Source: a virus (lineage: Duplodnaviria > Heunggongvirae > Uroviricota > Caudoviricetes). Taken from it: a stretch of 64,000 bases of DNA. Below the pieces are notes generated by a model that saw nothing but the letters and a program-made list of their open reading frames with translations, was not told the origin of the DNA and made no database searches. Every line of letters starts with the position of its first letter. The first letter of the stretch is position 1. Below are positions 19,713-28,875 of this stretch, in pieces. The position numbers and the translations under genes are program-made. Location: the IMG/VR virus record IMGVR_UViG_3300037512_000782, positions 32,001 through 96,000 of that record, one strand, 5' to 3'.

Positions 19713-19735
19713 AGTAAGTCTAGTTTAACAGTGAA

Positions 19736-19764
19736 TATGTAGCAATAAACAATTTGAATTGCAA
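19736..19764 (-). promoter_or_regulatory. Early/middle promoter TTGCAA-17-TACATA
   Basis: TTGCAATTCAAA element upstream of gp43. Confidence 0.65.
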
Positions 19765-19770
19765 ATACAA

Positions 19771-19797
19771 GAAAAACCGCCATTTCTGACGGTTTTC
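19771..19797. terminator. Intrinsic terminator
   Basis: GAAAAACCG(C)CA-TTTC-TG(A)CGGTTTTC imperfect hairpin. Confidence 0.6.
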
Positions 19798-19819
19798 GTA
19801 AGGAACATCAGTGTATGAA

Positions 19820-20428
19820 TTAAGCCTTCGGCTTCAGATAGGACGAGATCTTGTCGAACTTCTTCAAGACCTTTTCGGCGTCGGCAGCAGTCTTGGAGTC
19901 AGTGGCCAAAGCGCGTACGCCCTTCTTGAACAAGTCGATACGCTTCTGGAGCTTTGCGTTCTCCTCGAACTTCTTGTTCTTATCGGCACCGCTCTGGTTG
20001 CTGGAAGCTGCAGACTTGGCGGCGCTATCGAACTTTCCACCCTTACCAGCTTCAGGAGCCTTTTCGGCCTTCACTTCGGTATTGGTCTTGACTTCGGTAG
20101 TCTGGCCCTTGTCCTTCTTTTCCTTGGCATCGACATTCTCGACAACCTTGCCGTCGTCCTTCTTCTCGCCAGTCTTTGCCGGAGCAGCCTTTGCGAGCTT
20201 AGGATCGGAAGCAGTCTTGGCCTTGCCAACCTTCTTCTTGTTTTCATCGACGCCGTCGCCGGAGCACCAGCTACCAGTGTCGATCTTGTGGCCGTTGAAA
20301 TCGAGGATCGATTCTACAACAGGCTTGGGATTGTGAACGAGGCTGTACGGTTCGTCATCGATCGGTTCTGCAGCAATCCTATCGAATTCGGCCATAAGCG
20401 CTTCATTTTCGAATACATTGAATGACAT
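19820..20428 (-). CDS. Hypothetical Lys/Ala-rich protein (late class)
   Basis: Start MSFNVFENE with GAGGTG RBS; ATAAACT at 20460-20466. Confidence 0.7.
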   Translation of the reverse strand: MSFNVFENEALMAEFDRIAAEPIDDEPYSLVHNPKPVVESILDFNGHKIDTGSWCSGDGVDENKKKVGKAKTASDPKLAKAAPAKTGEKKDDGKVVENVDAKEKKDKGQTTEVKTNTEVKAEKAPEAGKGGKFDSAAKSAASSNQSGADKNKKFEENAKLQKRIDLFKKGVRALATDSKTAADAEKVLKKFDKISSYLKPKA

Positions 20429-20459
20429 AAACACCTCATGAGTCGTGTTTTTGCCCAAT

Positions 20460-20513
20460 AGTTTATTATGTGGCCAAAAAATATTTTTTCAAATGCAAGC
20501 ATTTCGATAAACT
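20460..20513. promoter_or_regulatory. Back-to-back late-type motifs
   Basis: ATAAACT (-) at 20460-20466; GATAAACT (+) at 20506-20513, 25 nt before the ATG at 20539. Confidence 0.6.
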
Positions 20514-20538
20514 GCAATTAGCTATCAAGGAATGGCAC

Positions 20539-21489
20539 ATGGACGATACAAAACCATCAATTATTGACAAGTTCTTAGACCAGAAGACGACCGAGTTCGA
20601 CAGCGAACAGCCGCCTAACATCCAGCACCTTGCCAAGATATCCGGCAAGTCTCCCAATGCCGTTAATGTCGAGTACGATCAAGAAGTGCGCAAGCTGGAA
20701 AAAGAGCAGATGCAGAATCCACCAGCCATGACCAACAATACAGACTTGGCGGCGATGGCTCGCGTCAAAGCCGTAGACAATCTGGAAGACCAGTACAAGT
20801 CCGGACAGACCGAAGAATCTGACGAAGTGACCTATGACGAGCTCGTAGGGGACATTAACACCGACTTCGGCCAAGCCCCAGCGGCAAACGAATTCAGCAT
20901 GTTCACGCCCGGTGAGCAAGATACAGCAAACCAGATGTTCGCCGATATCGACAACATCAATGCGACAAACCCATACGAAGAAGACGGATTCGACGACGGA
21001 TTCGAAGAACCAGAAACGGCGCTCGATTCGATGGACGGTCTTGCAGATATCGCAGAAAACGAAGACGGATCCACTACAGAAACTATGCCGAACGACAGCG
21101 CACCAGAGACACCAGCGGATGATTTTGATGCCGAAATTCCGGACACCCCAAAGCTCGAAGGTATTGACGACGTAATCAAGAAATTCGGTAAGTACGCGGC
21201 AATGGGTACGTTAGCATTCAACGTAGCAAACGCGCATGCCGCACCAAGCGACTTCCGACACGAGACGACGTCGCCAGACGGCAAGTCGACTACGGTATTA
21301 GCCAGCAATACACACAAAAATCTTTGGCAAAACCAAGACTACGAAGACCGAGTCATGGAAATATTCAAGCAACTCAAACAGCAGCGCATTGATGCTGGTA
21401 AGACGTTCAACGAACAAATTCTCTACAACAAGGCGCAGATGTACGCGCAAGCGGAGTTGACCACGGGAAAGCCGTGGAATGGCAAATAA
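20539..21489 (+). CDS. Hypothetical acidic protein with internal signal-peptide-like segment
   Basis: Acidic N-terminal two-thirds, then KLEG-IDDVIKKFGKYAAMGTLAFNVANAHA. Confidence 0.7.
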   Translation: MDDTKPSIIDKFLDQKTTEFDSEQPPNIQHLAKISGKSPNAVNVEYDQEVRKLEKEQMQNPPAMTNNTDLAAMARVKAVDNLEDQYKSGQTEESDEVTYDELVGDINTDFGQAPAANEFSMFTPGEQDTANQMFADIDNINATNPYEEDGFDDGFEEPETALDSMDGLADIAENEDGSTTETMPNDSAPETPADDFDAEIPDTPKLEGIDDVIKKFGKYAAMGTLAFNVANAHAAPSDFRHETTSPDGKSTTVLASNTHKNLWQNQDYEDRVMEIFKQLKQQRIDAGKTFNEQILYNKAQMYAQAELTTGKPWNGK

Positions 21490-21490
21490 G

Positions 21491-21516
21491 AAAAGGCGGT
21501 CGATTGACCGCCTTTC
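21491..21516. terminator. Bidirectional terminator between convergent genes
   Basis: AAAAGGCGGTC-GATT-GACCGCCTTTC. Confidence 0.8.
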
Positions 21517-21532
21517 TCATTACGCTGAACGA

Positions 21533-22816
21533 TTAAGCGTTGTAGGTACACTTCCTCAAGAACATACCGTTACCATAAGTCATCATGGTACGGCCATTCT
21601 CAAATCCGTGCTGAAGCACGAGGTCGGGGCAACCAGAATTGCGCACCATCATCGTGAACACGTCAAGCGGAAGGACGATTTCGAAGCCCGGCTTTTCGAC
21701 TTGGCAGTCACCAACGCTGATGTTGACGTGAATGCGTTCGTCTTCCAGACCTTCGATACCGATAAGGCCATCTTCGATACCATAGATGCGAGCCTTTCCA
21801 GTCGGATTGACATGGTTGATTTCGAAGTACATACCGATGGCAGCCGCGATAGATTCAGCCTTGATGTGGAACACACGCTCAAGTCCATCGTTGTTGTATG
21901 TCTTCAAGGTGGCATCACCGATGTCAGTTTCGAGAGTAGCGAACATACCAGAAATACGGAGCTTCTTGTTCTTAGTATCGAGATCGATAATGACATTGAG
22001 CGACAAGTCAAGGTCAAGCGCATTCACGAGAGGAATGGCCTTAAAGATCTTGGCTGGAATGCTGACGCTGAAGTCAGACGTATTGTCATACTGCTTTGCG
22101 CCTTCGCTGTTGTCGTTCACCATCACAGTATTCTGCATGGCGGTCGCAATGGTGCAATGTTCATCACCAGTTCGGTAAGACACACGACCATTCTTGCGGT
22201 GGATTTCGACAGTTTCGAAATTGTACACGCTGTCGAGAATCGTGTTAAAGGACATCTGATCCATTGCGATACGGACGTTGAAGTCGTCATCGCTGGCCAG
22301 CTTCACTTCAAACGGTTCGCACGGATTGAATCCGATTTCGAGTTCGAAACCGCCGATACCATCATTGAAGAAAGCACCTAGATAAAGCTTGCCTTCGCTG
22401 ACCCACAGAGCTGCAGTCTTTTCAGCAGTGCCCATCAAGTGACGCACAGCGTTGCAGAGGTCGTAAATCTTGATGAACACTGGGCCATCAAGTTCTACGG
22501 AAACCGGAAGAGCATCCATCTTCACATGGATACCGCTATCGGTGTCAATATGGAGCCAGATCTTGTTGTCCTTCGGATCCACCTTGGTTTCGAGCCTTGC
22601 GACGGTTTCCGTATCGAGCAGAGACTGTTCGATAAGGGCAAGACCTTGTCCGAAACGGCCTTGCAGCACGAACATGGTCAACGGCAAATCTTCGCCAGTG
22701 GACACTTCCTCGGCAGCATCTTCGGTCGTCGGAGCCAACTTGTTGAAGTCTTCAAGCATGCCGTGAAGCGAGCTTGCGCGAACTTTCTCGTCTTCTGTTA
22801 TTTTGAGTTCACTCAT
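21533..22816 (-). CDS. DnaN (beta-clamp)-like protein
   Basis: 427 aa with a three-fold pattern: LPVSVELDGPVFIKIYDLCNAVRHL, FSVSIPAKIFKAI, FEIVLPLDVFTMMV. Confidence 0.55.
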   Translation of the reverse strand: MSELKITEDEKVRASSLHGMLEDFNKLAPTTEDAAEEVSTGEDLPLTMFVLQGRFGQGLALIEQSLLDTETVARLETKVDPKDNKIWLHIDTDSGIHVKMDALPVSVELDGPVFIKIYDLCNAVRHLMGTAEKTAALWVSEGKLYLGAFFNDGIGGFELEIGFNPCEPFEVKLASDDDFNVRIAMDQMSFNTILDSVYNFETVEIHRKNGRVSYRTGDEHCTIATAMQNTVMVNDNSEGAKQYDNTSDFSVSIPAKIFKAIPLVNALDLDLSLNVIIDLDTKNKKLRISGMFATLETDIGDATLKTYNNDGLERVFHIKAESIAAAIGMYFEINHVNPTGKARIYGIEDGLIGIEGLEDERIHVNISVGDCQVEKPGFEIVLPLDVFTMMVRNSGCPDLVLQHGFENGRTMMTYGNGMFLRKCTYNA

Positions 22817-22826
22817 AGTATGTTTC

Positions 22827-22845
22827 CTTTTGAATTTTAAATTAC
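22827..22845 (-). promoter_or_regulatory. Conserved 19-nt element (copy 2)
   Basis: Identical to 6989-7007. Confidence 0.5.
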
Positions 22846-22848
22846 ATT

Positions 22849-22875
22849 AAAAAGGCCGCATCGCTGCGGCCTCTT
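22849..22875. terminator. Intrinsic terminator
   Basis: AAAAAGGCCGCA-TCGC-TGCGGCCTCTT. Confidence 0.75.
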
Positions 22876-22893
22876 GAAATTGTGTCGTTTCGA

Positions 22894-24438
22894 CTAGATG
22901 TTGGTCAGCGAGGCAGCAGACTCTTGGGTCTTGTCAGCTGGTTGCTGGGAAGGGCCGACATCGGCACCCAGCTCATCTTCTTCAGTGCCGAACGCGAAGT
23001 CTTCGCCTTCTGGCGGAAGGTCGACTTGTTCACCGCCAACTTGATCCATCATCGCGCCGAACGAACCATCGTTCATGAAGTCGTTCGACGCGGTAAGAGC
23101 GCTAGGATCAGCCGGAGCATCCAAGTCAAATCCGTCGGTGGAGGCAGCAGCACCACCACTACCGAATGCGGTTTCACCCGGCAATGACAAGTCAGAAGTG
23201 CTCATGTCAGACGGAGACGCAGTCGGAGCATTCATTGCATCTGGGAAGATTTCAGTGAGCTTGTCGTTAAACTCGGTAAGCGAAACATCGGCAGTCTGCG
23301 GGTCGTCAAGATAATCCAAGAATTCTTGAATCTTTTCTTCAGGAACTTGGTTGCGCTCCAGTTCTTGGAACTCCTTGAAGAACGCATTGAACACATCCTT
23401 CGGATCCTCGTTCTTCATCGGCTTCGTACCGTTATAGATTTCAGACGGACTCAGCGAGAAACCACGTCCAGTCTGGCCGCCTTCCTTGGCATCTTGAGAC
23501 ATCTTCTGAGAAAGAATCTTGCCCAATGTGTCAAGAGCTTGATGGCTGACGCTAGACATGTTGTCGAAGATTGCGCTCTTCATGTCGACAAGAGCATTCT
23601 TGTCATCATCGCCGCCATTGACATCGCCAGCGCCAATGGCGTTGTTTTCCATGCCAGGGATGTTCTCTGGAGGAGCGATGTCTTGTTCTTCGCCGTCCAT
23701 CGCGAACGCTTCTGCGCCCGGTGCTTGTTCGCCATCTTCAAGCAAAGTAACAGCGTTACACATATTCAACAGCTGCGCAAGGCCGCTGTCCACGCATTCG
23801 TGATAAATGGAACTGTCGGTGGCCATCCATGAATTGCTGGCGTCCTCGGTTCCGTTGCTAAGGCCATTCAATGTCTGCATCGTATCGAGATCGTTTCCGA
23901 CGTCGTAAGTGTTGTTGGAGTCGATAAGTTCGTCGCAAGTCTTCAAGATTGTATAGCCGAAGTTGTTGACGAACTGAGGACTCTGCAAGGATACTTCGTA
24001 AAGGTTCGACAGACCAGTGTCCGAAGTCAGCTTCACGGAGATATTTTCGTTTTCGTTCGGATAGAACAGCTCGACAAGCATATCATGGTCACGACGGTTG
24101 ATGATGAACTTGCAGTGAGTTTCCTTCATGTCGATACTTGCAAGGTTCATGCGCATGCCACGGTAGGCGGTATTGGTCACGGCTTCCGTAAAGACCTTCT
24201 TGTAGAGGTCGCGGGTCGTAATCAAGTTCTTGCCATATACCAATGGCTTGTTCTGGTCGTAGGTACGGTGATCCCAGTCGTCGCCATCTTGGGGCTTCTT
24301 TACTGGGTCTGGAATCTGCTTTGTCAGCATCTTAATCACTTTCGTCTTTGAAGGAACTATAGGGCCGCTCTGCGTGGTCACGTAAACATAGTCCTTCATT
24401 GCCTTGAGAAGCGTATTCTTGTCGATCTGGGTTCCCAT
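22894..24438 (-). CDS. Hypothetical acidic protein (late class, likely virion/head associated)
   Basis: Start MGTQIDK chosen because it lies 28 nt after TATAAACT (24467-24474); very acidic C-terminus. Confidence 0.7.
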   Translation of the reverse strand: MGTQIDKNTLLKAMKDYVYVTTQSGPIVPSKTKVIKMLTKQIPDPVKKPQDGDDWDHRTYDQNKPLVYGKNLITTRDLYKKVFTEAVTNTAYRGMRMNLASIDMKETHCKFIINRRDHDMLVELFYPNENENISVKLTSDTGLSNLYEVSLQSPQFVNNFGYTILKTCDELIDSNNTYDVGNDLDTMQTLNGLSNGTEDASNSWMATDSSIYHECVDSGLAQLLNMCNAVTLLEDGEQAPGAEAFAMDGEEQDIAPPENIPGMENNAIGAGDVNGGDDDKNALVDMKSAIFDNMSSVSHQALDTLGKILSQKMSQDAKEGGQTGRGFSLSPSEIYNGTKPMKNEDPKDVFNAFFKEFQELERNQVPEEKIQEFLDYLDDPQTADVSLTEFNDKLTEIFPDAMNAPTASPSDMSTSDLSLPGETAFGSGGAAASTDGFDLDAPADPSALTASNDFMNDGSFGAMMDQVGGEQVDLPPEGEDFAFGTEEDELGADVGPSQQPADKTQESAASLTNI

Positions 24439-24481
24439 GGAAATATCCTGCATGTGCTTGCTTTTCAGTTTATACAAATGC

Positions 24482-24514
24482 AAAAATGCGGCGAGCGCTG
24501 ACTCACCGCATTTT
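24482..24514. terminator. Intrinsic terminator after gp45
   Basis: AAAAATGCGG(C)GAG...CTC(A)CCGCATTTT. Confidence 0.7.
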
Positions 24515-24531
24515 GTACCCATGACATAAAT

Positions 24532-25422
24532 TTACTGAACCAAGTCGAACTGGGAATAAGCGCCAGCGGAGCATTCAGCCGCACCCATCCAGAGAGTCAT
24601 CGGCTTTTCTGGATCGGCACCAGGGATAAGCGAAGTTGCCTTGAGGGACATCTGCTCGACACCCTTGAACGATGCGTAGGTGATGTCGATGTCGTATTCT
24701 CCGCCGATGCCCTTCATGTAGTTGAAGAGCTGGACTGGGAACACGGTGACGGTGCCCGGTCGGAAAATCTTGTGGACAAGCTGCGTATCGATGCCGCGAG
24801 TGCATGTCGACGGTACGCAGTAAGTAATCTGCTGAGACATCTTGCCCTTGATGTAGAGCTTGATGCCGCCGTCGTCGATACGGAGAGTCACGAACTCGCA
24901 CGTCGGAACCGCACGGAGCTTCGTAACAAAGTCCTTGACCATATCCTCGGAGAAGTGCATTTCACCGACCTTCATCATAGGGTCGTTATCCCTAGTGAAC
25001 GGAATGTGAGAATGGCCTTCCTTGAAACAGCTGGGGTCAGCAGTCGGCGTACGGCAAGTGATACCGCCACCAGAAAACTTGATGTACTCGTAACGGCGAC
25101 CAGTAATCGACGTGTCTACGGACAGTTCAGCCGTGCCGCGCTTGGGGAAGTTGGCCAGTTCCGCATACTTCACAAATTCATTCAGCGAGAAGATGTTGAT
25201 GCGGTTGGTATCGAAATCCAAGTCTGCATCCGATGCAGCAAGGTGTGTCATCATCGCCATGTCTGGAACGCTGATGTGGTTTCCCGGAATACGGCCCTTC
25301 ACGTTACCCTTGAACATGATGACGCATCCAGTCTTTGTAATAGAACTGATGTTCTTCAAGATCTTGTAGAACGGTTCGCTAAAACGAATGCCTACCGCTG
25401 GTTTTTCAATTTCTTCAGCCAT
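24532..25422 (-). CDS. gp45: Sliding clamp (gp45-like)
   Basis: FSEPFYKILKNISSI and INIFSLNEFV match the T4 gp45 LS......LKNFA.IN and IYDLN.FL patterns; TADPS. Confidence 0.75.
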   Translation of the reverse strand: MAEEIEKPAVGIRFSEPFYKILKNISSITKTGCVIMFKGNVKGRIPGNHISVPDMAMMTHLAASDADLDFDTNRINIFSLNEFVKYAELANFPKRGTAELSVDTSITGRRYEYIKFSGGGITCRTPTADPSCFKEGHSHIPFTRDNDPMMKVGEMHFSEDMVKDFVTKLRAVPTCEFVTLRIDDGGIKLYIKGKMSQQITYCVPSTCTRGIDTQLVHKIFRPGTVTVFPVQLFNYMKGIGGEYDIDITYASFKGVEQMSLKATSLIPGADPEKPMTLWMGAAECSAGAYSQFDLVQ

Positions 25423-25441
25423 GTTTAAACCTCGGCTATCA

Positions 25442-25470
25442 AATATAGTCTAAATGTATTTTGGATTCAA
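25442..25470 (-). promoter_or_regulatory. Early/middle promoter TTGAAT-17-TATATT
   Basis: Variant of the class, upstream of gp45. Confidence 0.55.
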
Positions 25471-27651
25471 ATCGCCCTTCGTGACCACTTTTTTGCCGAT
25501 TTCGACGAATTTCGGCTCAAGCTGGTTCCACTCAAGCGGCGTAAACGGAGCATTGACATCGACACACCAGCTGCAGTCAACCTCGATCTGCTGCATGCGA
25601 GCCTCCAGACGGTGCATCATCATGGAAACGACGTATGGTACGCAGCCCCTACCGTCACCAAACTTATACAGCTTGCCGAAGTTCTTCAAGATGGGAAGGT
25701 AGCCGCCACGGATAGCGACGAACGGCCCGTCCAGAACGGCAACGTCATGCGAACCAGTGACAGACACGGTTCCAGCAACACGGCGGTTGTACATTCCGTC
25801 CTTTGTCGAATATTCGCTATACATGCCATAGGTATTAGGGCAGCGCATCCAAGTGCCATCCGGCAAGAAATTCTCATAGCCGAACGGAGCGACAGCACCT
25901 ACATCGCTAGGGACGGCTTCGAGCTTTTGTATGAACGACGGATCATATATCAGCGAAGACGCATGGGCAAGTACAATCCAAGAAGGCGGAACCTTCGGAT
26001 TCACCTTGACAATCTTTTCAGCGACACGAGCGATGTTGAGGAATATCGACATCTGCGGATTGCTCTTCTTGCACATCCTTACTGGCTGGTCACTAGCCAA
26101 GTAGACAAGTTCATCACGACTGGAGGCATACTTCTTGTATGGAACCTTGACGTCGGATCCCTTGCGCCTATAAAGAATGGTAATCACGCACGGCGTCTTA
26201 CTGTGCTGCAAGATCGTGTTATTGTCAAGACGGATTGTCTCGACCGGGCGGATACCCAGAGCCTTGCGAAGCTGGTTCTTCTCGCCTTCTTCCTTGGCGC
26301 GTTCCGCATATACGGTACGCCTACGGTCTTCTGCGCGAAGTTCGTTTTCGTACAAGGCAGCCTTGATGGCGACTTCGAATTCGTCCATCACCGGGGTCTC
26401 CCATACAAACTGCTTGGACGTCTTCTTACGAGTCTTCGCAGCAGCCACTCCAGCCTTGTGACGCTTGTAATAGGCAGCACGACGGTTCGTCTTGTTTAGC
26501 TTGTCCAGATGTTTCTTCTGGAATTCGGAGAGTTCCATCTTCGGATCGACATTGACTCCAGAAGCGACAATGGCGTCAACATCCTCTTGAACCCAGCCCC
26601 ACATCGGATACATCGGCCAGCCCTTGGCTTGTACCTCGGCACAATGGGCATTGTACTCGTCAACCGTCATCACGCAATAGTCCTTCGACTTCTGAATGTG
26701 CATCAGCTTGGGAGGAGCAACGACGCGGCACTTACCGGATATCAAGTTGTCAATCCAGTAATTGCTCTTGCCGAACTTTGTACGGATAGCGAAACGGTTG
26801 TAATACGGCTTGCCTTCACAATAGAAATAACGGCGGTTGATCTGGTCGCATAGCTCATCGAGTTCGGACTTCTTGAACAAATTCCTCGTGCGAGCGCCAA
26901 CCTTGACTTGCTCTGGATGCAGAAGCTTCATGAATATGAACTTCGTTAACGTGCGACGAGAAATCTTCATGTATACGCAAGCCATGCCAGTAGTCAGCAC
27001 GTCTGGAAGAGGCTCCTTCTTTATCAAACGGCTACCTTTCTTTACGGTCTCGTTGATAGAGTCGTTGACATACTGGATGATGTTCTCACGAGTCATCCAC
27101 TTGTATCGCTTGCGGCCAGTCGTACTGTGAATCCAGAACGCGATGTTCGCCTTGCCAGCTCGGCAAGCTGCTCGGAGCTTTCCCGGTGTCGTACCGATGA
27201 ACGTAGCGCTGTCCTTGACATTTAGAGTCTTGGGAAGGAACTTGAAATTCTTGGACGGCACGTAGTTCTTGAGGAACCAGTCGTAATCACGGAAGTAGAC
27301 GAACTTGCCGTAATCGTCGGCTGGCTGTTCCTTGATAATGCCCTTTCTGACCAGTCGCAGATACGTCATCGGACTTACATCCAAGTCAGCGACGATTTCA
27401 GCCGGACGGATCTTTGCGTAAGGGTGCGTAGTGCAAGGAGGTTTCAGACCATAGGCTGAAAGCTTCTTCAGACACGCATCGTAACGGTATTTCTTCTGGC
27501 CTTGATAATTGACTATGTAAGGTATCCCATCAAAGAAACCCATTCCCTTCAAGTCAGAAACCGGACGGTCAAGATACTGCGCAATCTTCAACGGCTGCAC
27601 ATATTCATCTATACCCTTCTGTTTCAACGCACCAAGAGCCATTAGAACCAC
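25450..27651 (-). CDS. Multi-HTH (excisionase/MerR-like) basic protein fused to a degenerate GT-A (GT2-like) domain
   Basis: LNVKDSATFIGTTPGKLRAACRAGK; VLTTGMACVYMKISRRTL...LFKKSELD; C-terminal WIVLAHASSLIYD, DVGAVAPFG, VAVLDGPFVAIRG. Confidence 0.55.
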   Translation of the reverse strand: MVLMALGALKQKGIDEYVQPLKIAQYLDRPVSDLKGMGFFDGIPYIVNYQGQKKYRYDACLKKLSAYGLKPPCTTHPYAKIRPAEIVADLDVSPMTYLRLVRKGIIKEQPADDYGKFVYFRDYDWFLKNYVPSKNFKFLPKTLNVKDSATFIGTTPGKLRAACRAGKANIAFWIHSTTGRKRYKWMTRENIIQYVNDSINETVKKGSRLIKKEPLPDVLTTGMACVYMKISRRTLTKFIFMKLLHPEQVKVGARTRNLFKKSELDELCDQINRRYFYCEGKPYYNRFAIRTKFGKSNYWIDNLISGKCRVVAPPKLMHIQKSKDYCVMTVDEYNAHCAEVQAKGWPMYPMWGWVQEDVDAIVASGVNVDPKMELSEFQKKHLDKLNKTNRRAAYYKRHKAGVAAAKTRKKTSKQFVWETPVMDEFEVAIKAALYENELRAEDRRRTVYAERAKEEGEKNQLRKALGIRPVETIRLDNNTILQHSKTPCVITILYRRKGSDVKVPYKKYASSRDELVYLASDQPVRMCKKSNPQMSIFLNIARVAEKIVKVNPKVPPSWIVLAHASSLIYDPSFIQKLEAVPSDVGAVAPFGYENFLPDGTWMRCPNTYGMYSEYSTKDGMYNRRVAGTVSVTGSHDVAVLDGPFVAIRGGYLPILKNFGKLYKFGDGRGCVPYVVSMMMHRLEARMQQIEVDCSWCVDVNAPFTPLEWNQLEPKFVEIGKKVVTKGDLNPKYI

Positions 27652-28790
27652 ACCTCTACTTTCTGTTTTGCTTGCATCTTCTGTACCAGCTGCAGACGAG
27701 TCTCGCGCTGCTTCTGGCGTTCACGTGCGGCCATGTCGCCGCGTTCGAGAGCGAAGATAATAGCCGCGCCTTCTGGCGGCAAGCTACGACCTTCGATAAA
27801 TTCACTGGAAACGTAGCCGTCGTCATCGACTGGCATCTCGCCAGACAGAACGGCTCCGTTGACATCCTTTTCCTTTATTCCAGACCAGTTGAACCACTTG
27901 TACCCCTTCTTGACGGATTCGATACGAGCAAGTTCACCAGCGTTGTCGTTATCCCAGATGACCGTACAGTTTTCCTTGTGCTCTGCAATCTGCGGATTGT
28001 CCGCAATGACTTCGTCAAAGTGCGAGATGCCGCCGATGGCGATAGCATTGCGAATGAACGTAGAGTCAATCGTTCCTTCCAAGATGTAGAACGGCTTGGT
28101 CACATCGAGGAAGTCGATGTTGTACGCTTGACGCTTGACGCCTTCGAAGTTTCGATAGCGCAGCTTGTTATCGGGGTCTAGCGCACGAGCGTCGAACTGC
28201 GTCCACGCACCGCCGTACTTGTAGAACGGAATGATCAGACGGTTCTTGAACTCGTTGCCGATCGGACGTCCTTGCTCGTTCAGCACGAGTCCGCCCAAGT
28301 CGTCGCGCTTCAAGAACTGGTCGCCTTCCTGGCATACGAACCAAAGGTCATACACTTCTGGACGAATGCGGCGTCCTTGACAGAAAGCCACTGCTTGTTC
28401 CGCGAGAGGATGATGGTCTAGTAGAGAAATGAGTTCGCCATCTTCGAACGGCAAGTCGACTTTCTTCTTGGGCAAGACTTCTTCTCGCTTGTCGTCAGAC
28501 CTATCGCCGTCGAAACCGAACAGAAGCATTCGCTTGTATGCGGCGTCGTCATTCTCCTTCAAGTATTTCATGAAGTGCATGCTCTGTCCGCATTTATAAC
28601 AACGGAACAGCCAACGGTCACGATAGACGTAAGCCTTCTTCTTGTTCGGTCTTGCTGGATCACCACAGAACGGACAAATGAAATTATAGTATTGGGACTT
28701 CTTCTCTAATGCGAAAGAGTTGTCGCCGAATTCAGCTTCCACCGCTTCTTCCAGCGCCGCATCAGGAATATTAGCATAGGAAAAGGACAT
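27642..28790 (-). CDS. gp61: DNA primase (gp61-like)
   Basis: CPFCGD...CYKC zinc finger; RLIIPF; TOPRIM EG.IDS and WDND. Confidence 0.93.
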   Translation of the reverse strand: MSFSYANIPDAALEEAVEAEFGDNSFALEKKSQYYNFICPFCGDPARPNKKKAYVYRDRWLFRCYKCGQSMHFMKYLKENDDAAYKRMLLFGFDGDRSDDKREEVLPKKKVDLPFEDGELISLLDHHPLAEQAVAFCQGRRIRPEVYDLWFVCQEGDQFLKRDDLGGLVLNEQGRPIGNEFKNRLIIPFYKYGGAWTQFDARALDPDNKLRYRNFEGVKRQAYNIDFLDVTKPFYILEGTIDSTFIRNAIAIGGISHFDEVIADNPQIAEHKENCTVIWDNDNAGELARIESVKKGYKWFNWSGIKEKDVNGAVLSGEMPVDDDGYVSSEFIEGRSLPPEGAAIIFALERGDMAARERQKQRETRLQLVQKMQAKQKVEVWF

Positions 28791-28808
28791 AGTAAAACCT
28801 TAAATAAA

Positions 28809-28837
28809 GTGGCGCTCAATGGTTAGTCGAGCGCCAC
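28809..28837 (-). terminator. Probable terminator after gp32
   Basis: GTGGCGCTC...GAGCGCCAC followed by TTTATTT on the minus strand. Confidence 0.6.
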
Positions 28838-28875
28838 AGTGCCAAAGCCATTTCTAGCTGAAAAAACGGAAAAGA

